Assembly: GCA_002269645.1 (NCBI GenBank)
Contig: NIVC01000952.1
Coordinates: 551,220-615,219, forward strand
Source: Macrostomum lignano
Lineage: Eukaryota
Direction: 5' to 3'
DNA: 64,000 bases
Shown here: positions 1-10,970 of the stretch, piece after piece
Layout of the letters: every line of letters starts with the position of its first letter
Position numbering within the stretch: position 1 is the first letter of the stretch
Position numbers and translations under genes: made by a program
The notes under the pieces: model-generated
Told to the model about the DNA's origin: nothing
Databases searched by the model: none
The model's input: the letters and a program-made list of their open reading frames with translations, nothing else

Positions 1-150
1 TTCCGGCCGGGCTTCGCTGAACGCTCGACTGCCTGAGGGGCCGCCGCGAGTGGCAGCCGCGATGGCCACTCGGTCGGGCATCTCGCGCGGCACCCAAGGA
101 TTGTCGGCCCGGCGCTGGTGCTTGCGAACCGCCGTCATCCAGGCGTGGCC
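1..150 (-). CDS. possible internal exon of an unidentified gene running off the window
   Basis: GC-rich open frame (GHAWMTAVRKHQRRADNPWVPREMPDRVAIAAATRGG...) directly after a candidate acceptor (aaatcag|GGC at 150). No family recognised. Confidence 0.25.
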
Positions 151-423
151 CTGATTTATGATTTGACAACAGCTCAAGACTTTATTTTTTTAGAGGCTGG
201 GGGCTGTGTGCACCCTGGTGCACTTGGAGGCATTACTGCTCATTCCGAAGATTTATGATCAGAGATGCAAGCGCGTACGCAAGCGCGCGGATACGTACGC
301 AGTCATACGCACAGCACACACTGACAGAGGAGTGGACAGCGGCCCTGACTTTATTTATCGGCAGGCGTGTACACTTCACTGTGCCTTGGAGGTTGGCCCT
401 CAAGGCTGGCGACGGGCCTAACC

Positions 424-608
424 AAGGTAAGTCGCAAAAATGCCCACCAAAAATAGACTAATTAGATGACGAGGCATTTGGCCTTATTATGCAGTTATAT
501 TTACACTTGCCGTTTACCCAAAATTTGCTTGTTTCTTAGGTAAGTCGCATTTTTGGTCAAAAAGTAAGTCGCACGGCCAGTGAAAATCAGGGGAGTTGCG
601 CATGTATA
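424..608. mobile_element. truncated copy of the CATACATG-TIR MITE family
   Basis: Aligns by eye to 2367-2606 (aagtcgcaaaaatgcccacc...gacgaggcattt...cgtttaccca...aagtcgcacggcc) and ends in the right TIR gttgcgcatgtat. Left TIR not found. Confidence 0.6.
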
Positions 609-812
609 TTCGAGGGGTCAATTGCACGAGCGACTCTCTTAGTGATCTTTCGTTTCTCTTCCTCTTCTCACATCGCCTTCTCAGTAGCGCGGCCACCTCT
701 ACTTTCTTATACACGCGCAACATACCGCCTGGTTCATGCTCATAAATATAACTGTTTTGGCTCGCGCTCGAGGCGCTTGGTAGTGCTACTCATAGTAGGG
801 ATGTAAAATGTA

Positions 813-1246
813 GGGAGTACGACGTTTGCTTGCGGGAACTTTGCTTGCCGAACTTTGCTTGCAAGAATTTTGCTTGCCGAACTTTGATATGTGCATAAAT
901 GTGCCCAAATCATTCGATATGTGTCCAAATCATTGTGTCCAATTTTTTGTTGAAAATATATTCCCAGTAAAAACTAAATTATTCCATTTCTGCGTTAGGG
1001 CTTTTCAAATCCGCCATATCCTCATACAAAATCATAACACTATAGGCGACTTCCACGAATCTTAATAGGTTCTTTAAGGTTCCGCAAGAAAACTGGCTGG
1101 CAAAACTCGGCAAGCAAAATTTCTGCAAGCAAAGTTCCTGCAAGAAAACTTCGGCAAGCTTATGTGCAGCAAGCAAATTTGCTGCAAGCAAAATTCGGCA
1201 AGCAAAGTTCGGCAAGCAAAGCTCGGCAAGCAAATTTCATAGATCC
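813..1246. mobile_element. foldback-type MITE (MULE/hAT-like), 434 bp
   Basis: 8-bp TSD AAAATGTA at 805-812 and 1247-1254. GG...CC termini with imperfect TIRs (gggagtacgacgtttgcttgc vs rc ggatctatgaaatttgcttgc). Inverted subterminal arrays of tttgcttgccgaac / gttcggcaagcaaa. Confidence 0.75.
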
Positions 1247-2049
1247 AAAATGTACGCTACTTAAAATGTAAGCATTAATATGAGTCAAATATAAATATTC
1301 ATGCTATCACAAGTGACTGCATACAAACCTGCTGGTAGGAGAACTTCATTTTCTTATGCAGCATGGCAGTGGTGGAAATCCTGCATGAGCATTGAGATTT
1401 TAGCAGCAAGCCCACTGCTGCCAGCTTTGACAACATTGGCTGCACATTTGCTTCAAGGCAGAATTGCATGCTTTAACTGTAATGTTAAATTAAGAACTTG
1501 CATCATATTGCAATAAATCCAATTCAATTTGTGTAAAACACCAAATATTATTACCTAAAAAGACCAAAAGCTTCATATACAAACAAATAAAAACTTAGGC
1601 CTAATTTTTATAATATTATGATTCCTTTCAATTAATTGGGGCTACCATTATATTCAAATAAAATTAAGTTATTTAAATTTTTATATTAAACTATTTACTC
1701 CAACTAATATTGTTTTTGCAATATGAAATACATAGAATAGGCCTAGAATACATATGAAATTCCATGGTCTTCTTGAACTAGAGAATGGTAAGTTTAGGGA
1801 AGGGAGATTTTTTATAGGGATTGATTGTACCTACCAAAACTTCAATAGAGGCATAGAGTAAAAATTAAGATCCATTTTTTAAATTAGCTCATTGGAAACC
1901 CACATGGAAGCAAAATTAAGATTCTATCAAACAGTTTTAGCTACCAAAACTTCGATAGAGGTTTGGTGACCTATTGAAGATTAGATAGATTGTTTATGAA
2001 GCATAAAAAGTCTTTTCTTAGTAGTCTAATAATGTAGCAAGCCACTAGT

Positions 2050-2750
2050 TGATAGAGGGTAGAGTAAGGAGTGAGAAGAGAGGAGAGGGAAGAGAAAGTA
2101 GAGAGAAGAGAGTAGAGAGCAAAGAGAAATGAGAAGAGATAAAAGAGGAAAAAGGCGAGATGAGAGAGCTGAGATGAGAAAGAAGAGAGGAGAGGGGAGA
2201 GAAAAAATAGGAGAGAGATAAGACAAGAAGAGGGGAGAGAGGCTCAGCTCAGAGAGGAGAAAGGAGAGAAGAAAGAAGAGATAAGATGAAAGAGAGAAGA
2301 GAGAGAGACCATACATGCGCAACAGTTGGCCGAGTCGGCCAATCCGGCCAACTGATTTGGCAGCCAACCAAGGAAGTCGCAAAAATGCCCACCCGAAAAA
2401 ACACCAAGTAATAGTACTAAGTAGCTGACGAGGCATTTTGGTTTTATAAGACAGTCATAGTTACTCCTACCGTTTACCCAAAGTTGCGTTAATTTTGCTT
2501 TCAGGTTTTCTTACATGTAAGTCACATTTTTGGCCAAAAACTACGTTGCATTTTTGTTAAAACTAAGTCGCACGGCCGACTGAATTTTGGAGGTTGCGCA
2601 TGTATGAGAGAGACAAGAGAGAAGAGAGGAAACAGAAGAGAAGATACAAGTTTCAAAGGATCTAATGGACATAAAGAGAGGCAGAGGTAGAAGCCAGAGT
2701 TTGCCTAACATTCTGTGCAGCATCCCAGCCAACAATATCAATGTTTGCCT
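2050..2750. repeat. GA-rich polypurine dispersed repeat (interrupted by a MITE)
   Basis: Polypurine tract. Its tail (aagatacaagtttcaaaggatc...ttgcctaacattctgtgcagca) recurs at about 63385-63507. Confidence 0.65.
2310..2606. mobile_element. 297-bp MITE, 14-bp TIR, 8-bp TSD (P- or hAT-like)
   Basis: Perfect TIRs CATACATGCGCAAC (2310-2323) and GTTGCGCATGTATG (2593-2606). TSD AGAGAGAC at 2302-2309 and 2607-2614. Confidence 0.85.
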
Positions 2751-4438
2751 TAAAATCCTAATTTTATACAAATGTATTCTATTTTTATGTTTAACTCTAT
2801 ACTAACAAATAACAAGTTTTTGTTTGAGTTTGCCTTCAGATTTTTGGAATACACGCAAAAAATAGTTGCAGGGATTGGAATTCCTTGGATTCAAAATCTG
2901 TGGGTTTCAACAGGTTATATACTATATTTATAAAAATAATAACAATTAATAGCCTATTATTATGAAAAAAAGATTAGAAAACATATTAATTAACATAGAG
3001 ATACAGTTAATTATCAGGCATATTATTAATAGATATTATTTAATATAAATAATTTATACAACTTTACAAGTCATAAAAAATTTTGTAGTAAGAAATATTA
3101 GGCCTAGGGCAAGCCTATTCTATTAGGCCTAGCCTACCTAAACCCTAGTTAAGAACACAATAGGCCTAGCAAAGGTAGCAACAAATTAAAAGAAAATGAG
3201 ATAAACAATACAAGAAACATTTTTTAAAGTGAGCTTTGATTTCACATTCTGTCCATATTTAAACAAAACAAAAATAATATTAAATTAATATTAAGAAGTC
3301 TAGTAAAACATTTTTAGTAGTAATACAATACTATAAAGTTGCAAAAAAGAGAAGCTGCCTATTTTGAGTTCTTAGGGTTAGGCTACAGGGGGCCTAATAT
3401 AATTGAAATGGAATAAGATTTGTATTATTTTCATAATCATAGAATTTTTTAGTAAGCCTAGATTACTGTTGACAAGATAAAAAATAACAAACTGATATGC
3501 TTTTACTAGGCCTAGTATTTTTAACACTAATAATAGCATTTTTTTATTCTTGCAGTTTTATCATTCTATTCTAGACATCATCCAAGTGTCTGGCAAAAAA
3601 AAGTAATGAAGAAACAAAAGTAGCGTAAGACAGACACAAAGCAATGTATTTGGAAAAAATTCGAAATCTAGAAGTTTATAAAGACGATTAAAGATAAAGT
3701 ATTTGAAAGCGCGCCAGAATTTTTTACGGTATTTTTGGACGAAAAGTGACGACTAACAACGAAACGACAAATTTAAAGTACTTAAATAAGGAAATTATAA
3801 TATGAATATGAATATGAATATGGATTAGTATAAATATGAGTTACGAGGCATTGCTTTGATTACGAGATTACGAGATAAGGCACGAATGAATTTCGAACGA
3901 AAAATCGAAAAGACAAAAAAGATGTAGACTACATATTGTAGTGAATTGGCTGAAAGCATATATTTTGATGCGAGCTCATACTATGCTGGGACAGACCTTT
4001 TAGAGGGGAACGAAAGCGAAAACGAGACGAAAAATACTTTGTCTATGGCAGTCACGAGCCAATAGGAAAGAACGGGGGAAAGGGATGTTAAAAGCGAAAA
4101 TCGAGCGAGATAAAAATAACTTGCTCAGATTAGCACTCCATTCTATTCTTTCCTCCATGGTTGAAACCACAGAATGCACCAGAATGCTCAATCAGCTTCC
4201 AAATCGAAAGCCGAAATATAAAACCATAGACACGTACTAGTCCTGAGGTGAAGAAGAGATAAGTACTGAAATATGAGAAGTAGTCACCCTTTTGTACGTC
4301 CATTCGAGAGGGGGAACATTTTTATGGACAAAAGGTCCCGATTGTATATTTGCAGCTGTAGCGACATGAAAATGTAGATATTAATTGTGAACATTAAACT
4401 CAAACTAGAACAGTTTAAAACAGCAGTATGAGCAGCAG

Positions 4439-5000
4439 TTAAGCCTCAAACAACAGCTGCAGCCTATACTTTAGCGGATAACAGGCGTCGCAGCTTTGTT
4501 GTTCTGCCGAAGCTGTACTCGCACTGTGAGCTCCGCGCTTCCTATCAGCTCGAAGTAATACCTGTTGAGCTTTGCACCAGTGTTGTAAACGCAGGCGTGT
4601 GTACAAAGATGAGAGAGATGAAAGCCATTCCTTTGTGTGCTCACTGTTGTGTAGATGTAGCTCAGTTGCAGCAGCTGCTTGTGCTGCAGGCTGGACTCGG
4701 GCACTGATATCGATTCCCTTCCATACTCTAATCGAGTCCTGCACATTGCAAATCTGGTCGAAAACTATCTCCAACTTTTGCACTGCTTTCAAGACCGCTT
4801 CACTTGGTACGTACAGACCGCCATCTTCAGTGTGTTGCATATTCTTTTTTTCCAGGAAACGCATGCCCTCATTGCAACCATCGCGACTCAGAAGACCAAT
4901 TTTGCAGCCTGGCAAGCGGTGCGCAACCGCAACAAGCAATGAAGCATCCAATCTCCAACATAGGCACACTTTTCTCCAAATATTCCTGAATCTTCATAGA
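4439..5000 (-). pseudogene. P-element/THAP9-like transposase C-terminal fragment
   Basis: GGLYVPSEAVLKAVQKLEIVF and LYTRLRLQHWCK resemble the P-transposase C-terminal GGL..PS...E..F and Y.K.R..H motifs. An adjacent upstream frame gives AYVGDWMLHCLL, resembling the YIAGY motif. Frameshifted. Recognised from memory, not from a search. Confidence 0.5.
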
Positions 5001-5845
5001 ATTGTGTCAATGCCAGGCACGCATTCTCATCAACGGAACTGATAGAGAACTTCTCACCATCCGCATGTTTTTGATGCAGCGGGGAACATCGATCAGGACA
5101 GGTATTTCTGTCTCAGTTCCGTCGCTCAGATTTATTGCCAAATTTGAATGGGCTGCAGTGGCTCCTAGTTTCAAAGACTTCCACTGCGTCGGCTAATCGT
5201 TATTCGTGCGTCTAATTTATTTGGATCGTTTATTTGGCTCGGCCTCGGACTTTAACATTGGACCATCGATTTATTTGGAGCGGCCAAAAGGGGTATAAAT
5301 CTAAGGAACGCAGGCAACTTAGCTGAGTTATTATACACTAGGCATCAAATAGATAGGATAGATGGACGGAAAGACAAACGAAAAACATCGTCTATGGCAA
5401 AATCGATCTCAATACACCCGGGTTGATGAAAAAAAGCCAGAACTACTCACAAATCACTTCATCTTAGAAGTAGCGTAGCTAGCGAATAGTTTTTGCCTCA
5501 AAAAATTTTTCGCAGGGAGCTTGATTGAGCATTCTGTGTATTCTGTGGTTAAAACCGACTATTAAACCCTTCACTCAGAAACATTGCTATGCGCTTTCGT
5601 CTATGGCATTAGTTGGCGCCGGAAGGAGTCGAGGAGGGGGGAGAGTGAGAATGGGGGTGTGAGGGCGAAGCCCCCACTTTCTACAATGAAATGAAAATAA
5701 ATTTTAGTCTATGGCCCACATCAACATTAATATGCACTGTAGTTTTTTGACCCCATAAAGAGGGAGACAGAAGGTTTAAGAGAGCTGAGTAGAAAGACAG
5801 CAGATTTGATTGCTTGCATCTTTCATTTACGCAAACAAAATCGCC

Positions 5846-6614
5846 ATGGCTGACGCAGAGCCAACTACAGTGGCAGAAGTTCTGCCTCCTCTATTTAACT
5901 ACGGAGCTATACCGAATGGTGAGATTTCAGGAGTAACATCCGGCGAGTTCGACTTGATTTGTACGTCATTCGATCATGCCCAAGGTCATTAGACAGTCGA
6001 GATGCAGCGAACCGCTATAGATTCTCCGAGAAAGGCTGCTAGAGGCTTTCGCTATCTTCTTGAGTTTATGAAGGACGTCAGTGAGAAGGCAGGCCTTACT
6101 AAGGTGTACACCAACCGCTGCATATGGTAGGTAGTTTGACCTGTACTTTTGCCCACCATATTCATGTGTCTCTGTGAACACATTTGAATCTAGACAAATC
6201 AGTTGCCAAATTTTCTTAAACTGCAGAGTAACTAGAGCGTGCCACCTGGATGCCTGTGGCCAGACTATCCAGGAGATCTTGCTCATCACTGGGCAAAAGT
6301 GTGAGCGGACTGTTAAGCGCTACTTATCGAGGCGACGTGATCGCAGTTTGTACAGGGCATCTCTGGCTGTGGATCAGGCGCTGAATCATGCAGTTTCCGA
6401 AACTAATGTCAATAAGATTGTTAAGCTAGCTCGTCCAAAATCCAATCACAATAAGCGAGGCTACGATGGAGGAATGTGCGGATGTTTATCAAGAGCCTGT
6501 CAAGACCGACGGCGCACTACGTGTGCAGGCTGCTCCGTCAAAGAAGATGAAAGTGACCCACTGGCGGCAGTCGCAATCCGATCGATATTCTTTTTGAGTG
6601 ACGTTTCTGTGTAG
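5846..6614 (+). pseudogene. degraded Crypton-type (DUF3504) tyrosine recombinase with a 100-bp intron
   Basis: Splicing GT 6127 to AG 6226 joins FMKDVSEKAGLTKVYTNRCI to (TGA)VTRACHLDACGQTIQEILLITGQKCERTVKRY. This matches the Crypton YTNHSLRAT...ITGHK...S...Y box. In-frame stops at 5990 and at the splice junction. Confidence 0.6.
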
Positions 6615-7018
6615 GCCTGGTACCAGGTATTAACTGATTAACATACGATTTCTTTGTTGGACAGTTTTTGATGTTTTTCTAACATAAAAAAATTAAATTT
6701 ACCCTTTGTTATTGTTTAAATTGCCATTGCGTGTTAATGTCCAAAATGACATTAATGTCCAAAATAACATTAACACGCATCCCACGCGCGTGTTATTGTC
6801 ACCAAAAGTGCATAGCAATGGATGTCATTACCACGCTCGCGCGAAGTATATATGATTGAAAACATTGATGAAGGAATAACACAATCGAAACATTAAAAAG
6901 TTCCCACCTATTATTTTGTTTGTCAATGATAGCAAATCTTGAAAAATTTTTGCTCCTCCGTTTGAATTTTGCTGATTCGATACACGATACCGGTATAGAA
7001 TTTCAGCGACAATATATA

Positions 7019-7624
7019 CACTCAGCAACATTGAAAAGTTTCCACCCTCGCGCCAGCCGTGTATATTTAGAGTTTCAAAACTGATATTATGGTCGCCAGA
7101 CTTGTGCCATAAACGATTGATGACATTGATGCTTCATGTGGTGGCGTGGGGAACAGCGTCCTCCAAGACGACAACGCCCCACCGCATCGCGCAGCCGCTG
7201 TGGCGCATCTGAAGGAGCTGCTGCACCTGCGAACCTTGCGCTGGCAGTCCCGATCACCGGACATGAATCCCATAGAGCACGTTTGGGATTACCTGAAGCA
7301 CTCGATTCGGCGCGACAATCCGCCGCAAAACGTTGCCCAACTGCGCGAATCACTGTCTACTGCAGGGCAACAACTACCGCAAGTTTTCTGCGACGCCTGG
7401 TTCTGGGGATGCCCCGGAGAGTGAGCGCTCTGCTGCTATACGCGTCACTGACCCTGTTCTGGGCAAGTTGTCACCCATGCTCGCGTACTTTGTTTCTTTG
7501 CTGCCTTTGCTTCGTTCGAATCCGGATTATATATTCGTCTATGGCTCAAACCAAGAATATCTCCACCCACCAAAACGTTGACCCTTCGCGCGCTTGGGTG
7601 GAAACTTTTCAATGTTGCTGAGTG
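7019..7624 (+). mobile_element. Tc1 (DD34E) internal-deletion derivative, 606 bp
   Basis: Perfect 29-bp TIRs CACTCAGCAACATTGAAAAGTTTCCACCC (7019-7047 and 7596-7624) with TA on both sides. ORF 7146-7424 has QDDNAPPH...SPDMNPIEHVW, with 34 residues between D and E. Confidence 0.92.
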
Positions 7625-7694
7625 TATTTACAAACGACAAATACCGGCACGTCTCATCAAGCACTCATCTAAAACGGCTGCTTGACGGTCAGCT

Positions 7695-9966
7695 ATGCGA
7701 GCTCTCTGCAATCGGAGAAGTCTCATCTGCTCACAAAGAGACAGAGGAGGCACATGTTTCCGCCTGTCAATCAAACTCCCATTTCTGAGTGGCTTGTGCG
7801 TCGGAGCTGTGGTCACCTTCGCGCTGTTTAGTCTGCACAACAACAATCGAGCCATAATGTCGAACAGTTAAAATCAAAAGCCACTGCGGAAACATGCAAA
7901 TACAATTTATTCAAGTTCTTCAACTGCTAAAGCGGGCTTCCGAAAAAGCGGCAGCGCTACGAATTTTATGAGAATTACAAGGAATTGTTCCGCAGCATGG
8001 ATGAGTCTATGTACCACTTCGACAGCCAGGGCGTGCTGCTTCCGCTCATGCGGCTCTCCAAGGACGAGGAGAACTGGGCGTACCGAGCAGCAGCTGGCAG
8101 GGCTTGGATCCGCAGCCAGTCGGTGGTGGTAGCAGCCACGGTGCGCAACGGCATGGCCGGCCTACCGAGCACCATGCGTTACGTTCAGCGCCTCAGAGCT
8201 CTGTTCAATGAGTCCTGGGTGGTGATAGTGGAAAACGAATCGACAGACTTGACCCGCAGCTTCTTGTACAACATGACGCTGACTGATTCCAACATGTCGC
8301 TGCTGGGCTGCGGCCGGATCAACTCCCCGCTGCCGTGCAAGACCAACTACCGATACAGCACCAAGCGCGAGCACCGGCCCGGTCCGTATCACTACCGCAG
8401 CTTCGCGGAGGAGGTCGAGCGCGGCTTGATGATGTCCGCCCTGCGCAACATGTACATGGACTACATCTACGATCACCTGGCCGATCGAGCAACGTTTCTG
8501 TTGATAATGGATCCGGACATCAGCTGGAAAGAGTGGGATCTGGACAGCATCACCCAGGGACTTTACTACTTTGCGGCCAAGCCTAAGCTGCAGCAGCTGT
8601 GCGCGCATTCCACCTTCAACACCCACCTGTACGACCCGTGCACGCTGAGCTTCTACTTGAACAAACACTTCGGCGAGGACAAAAAGTACCCGGTGGTCGA
8701 CTACGAGAAGTCGATTCGGTTCGCGCCGCGCAGCCTGCCTATACGCGTTTTTCTCTGGGGCCTTTGAGTCGGTGTTCTCACTTTCTTAAGATAGATGTCT
8801 AGCGGTCTAAGGTTCTTACAGCTCTTAGTCTCTCCTATCAGGCCGTCAGAGAAAACCGTATAAACTGACGGGATCTCCTAGTATCTAAGCTGAGCTCGAT
8901 TCTCTCTAAGATTTGCTCTATGTCACAGTTAAGGCAAATGATCGATTTGAGACTCGGGTTTCTGTCAACTGGATAATCCAGAAACTAATTCAAATGGAGC
9001 AATTCAAGGTCGAAAACTGCGCAGGAAAAACGAAGCGCCGCTCCAGTTTGAAATGAGCGTCTATTTATACTAATTAGCATTTTCGACCTCCCCTGCCGCC
9101 GGTGGGGTGTCTTCGCGTTGTTAGCAACGGCGGGGGGGGGTTTGAGCAAAAACAATCTGGGACTCAGTCCCCTAATTGTACATGAATTTAGTTAGTTCTA
9201 ATAGGTTGCTAAGTGTGAGGGTTAGAGATTATTCGGGCTTTCGCAAATCTATGTGTTGAGTTGGATAAAATTTGGGATAGAAAGATTAAGAAAAAGTGCT
9301 TAGTTTTCCGTCTCTTGACTCTGTCCATTGATGATTAAACAGTCCTCTGTTTCTCTCGGTTGTCAGGCAGCTTGGGGTTGATCTCGCATTCTTGGGCAGC
9401 TTCGGGTTGGATAGAGTCTGTAGGGGCCTCACGTTTTCTCCCTCAGGGTGCGCCAGAAGATGCCGCGTGCCGCGTTGTTCTCTAAGCTGGCCGCTGCTCA
9501 GTTTGCTTTTCCCGGCCGGTTTAGTTGCCATTGTGCCTGCGGCGGGGTGACGCTACTAACTGGAATGGAAAGAGGCTTTATTAGATTCGGCTATTCAAAT
9601 TGACTTGACAGTTGATTAATTATCTTAAAGCTGCTTCTATTTGCTCTTCTAGTAGCTATCTGGGGGTTCCATTGTACTCTTCTGCCTCGCCCTTCACTGC
9701 GCCTGGGCTTTTCATAAATTTCTACCTATCTTCTAACTTGGGGTCAAAACTTCAGATTTCTAACTCTTATACTGCCGCCGGTGAAGGTGGGGAGCTGCTT
9801 CCAGGCCGTGTCGTTCTACCGGATGTCGGCTCTGGCGCCCCGCAGGCTGCGCTATCGACGCAGTCCTGGCGAGTGGATTTGCGAACACAACACGCTCTCC
9901 AGGCAGCTGGACGAGGTGTACATCGACCCGCAGATGCGGCTGAATGTCAGCTCGGAAAGTTCTTGA
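7695..9966 (+). CDS. GT-A fold glycosyltransferase (CAP59/GT69- or GT2-like, probable type II membrane protein), interrupted by an insertion
   Basis: Short 5' ORF 7695-7866 with a TM-like segment (LPFLSGLCVGAVVTFALFSL); splice join to the main exon uncertain. Main frame open from 7931 with VVVAATVRN, VVIVENESTDLT, MSALRN and DxD (IMDPD). Removing 8740-9776 fuses in frame to ...SLPPVKVGSCFQAVSFYR...WICEHNTL...VYIDPQMRL, stop at 9966. Confidence 0.7.
8740..9771. mobile_element. 1,032-bp insertion with 5-bp TSD and TA...TA termini (solo-LTR-like or unclassified TE)
   Basis: TSD CTGCC at 8735-8739 and 9772-9776. Ends TATACGCGTT / AACTCTTATA match 8/10 as inverted repeats. Precise removal restores the reading frame. 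Confidence 0.8.
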
Positions 9967-10970
9967 GACTCCGTGCTGATGTACTTTGCATTGCTAGATT
10001 TTTAAGCCATTTAATTCTTTGCCGCTAAAATGGTTGATTCGAATTTTCACGTCAATAGAAAAATCAAAGTCAAATAGCGCTTTGTGCAAATTTACGACTT
10101 TGACTGATTCATGTCCTCTTCTTGGCGATTGTAAAATTAAACTTGCGAATGTTAGGAAGAAATTCGTCTCATCCTTGCATAGAAAAAAGTGCATTCGACG
10201 ACAGCAACTACATGTAATATTTTATAGTCAGCTCAGCAACAGCTGAACCCTTCTTGGACTTCCTCTGCGGTCAAATTAGATTACGCTCGTACAAGTTGTT
10301 CAGACCTAATTTTAATTTGATTTGAACAATGTGATGATCTGTGCACAGCTACTACATGTATTTAGTGGCATTGTGCAGACAGACGGGCGGCCCTTAAAAT
10401 GAGTCATGCCAATGGGATGGCATTGGATAAACTTTTGAGTCAAGTTAAAGCGGGGGTTCGTCTCCTGTCGAGTTCCCGATATTTTTCAATCATTGCTAAC
10501 ACGGACAATTTCTCGAGGTACTTCTACATAGAGAGGCTTCGCAGGTCGGAAGTTGCTCTCAAGACGAGTTTTTCAAGCCTAGACTACCCACCCCCACACA
10601 GGGCATCATAAGAGCACCGCTGAAGATCCCGAAAGCAGAAACGTCAGATTAAAGCAGGGGCGCTTTTATGCAACAATGATAGTGAATTTGGTGTACACAC
10701 TCGAATGCTCACAATGCTTTTTATTTCCAATATGATGCAATAAACATAACAGTTTATAAATGATTAAATATATATTACCAAGTGGGTAGCTAGCTACTGA
10801 AAGTACGACCGCAAGAGCATTTGATTTTCGCACACAAAAATTCAATAAGGTTTCTAGACGGTGCTGCGTTGGCAAAATTCGCGTCTGGCAACACTGAAGG
10901 GCAGAAAGCTGCACCTGCTGAGAAAGGCCGCCGCTAGAGGTGCTCAGCGCTTTGCGGCAAACATTGATTA

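Noticed and set aside
9286-9531. 81-aa ORF in the 1,032-bp insert as gag or transposase
   Set aside because: Short, with no recognisable motif.
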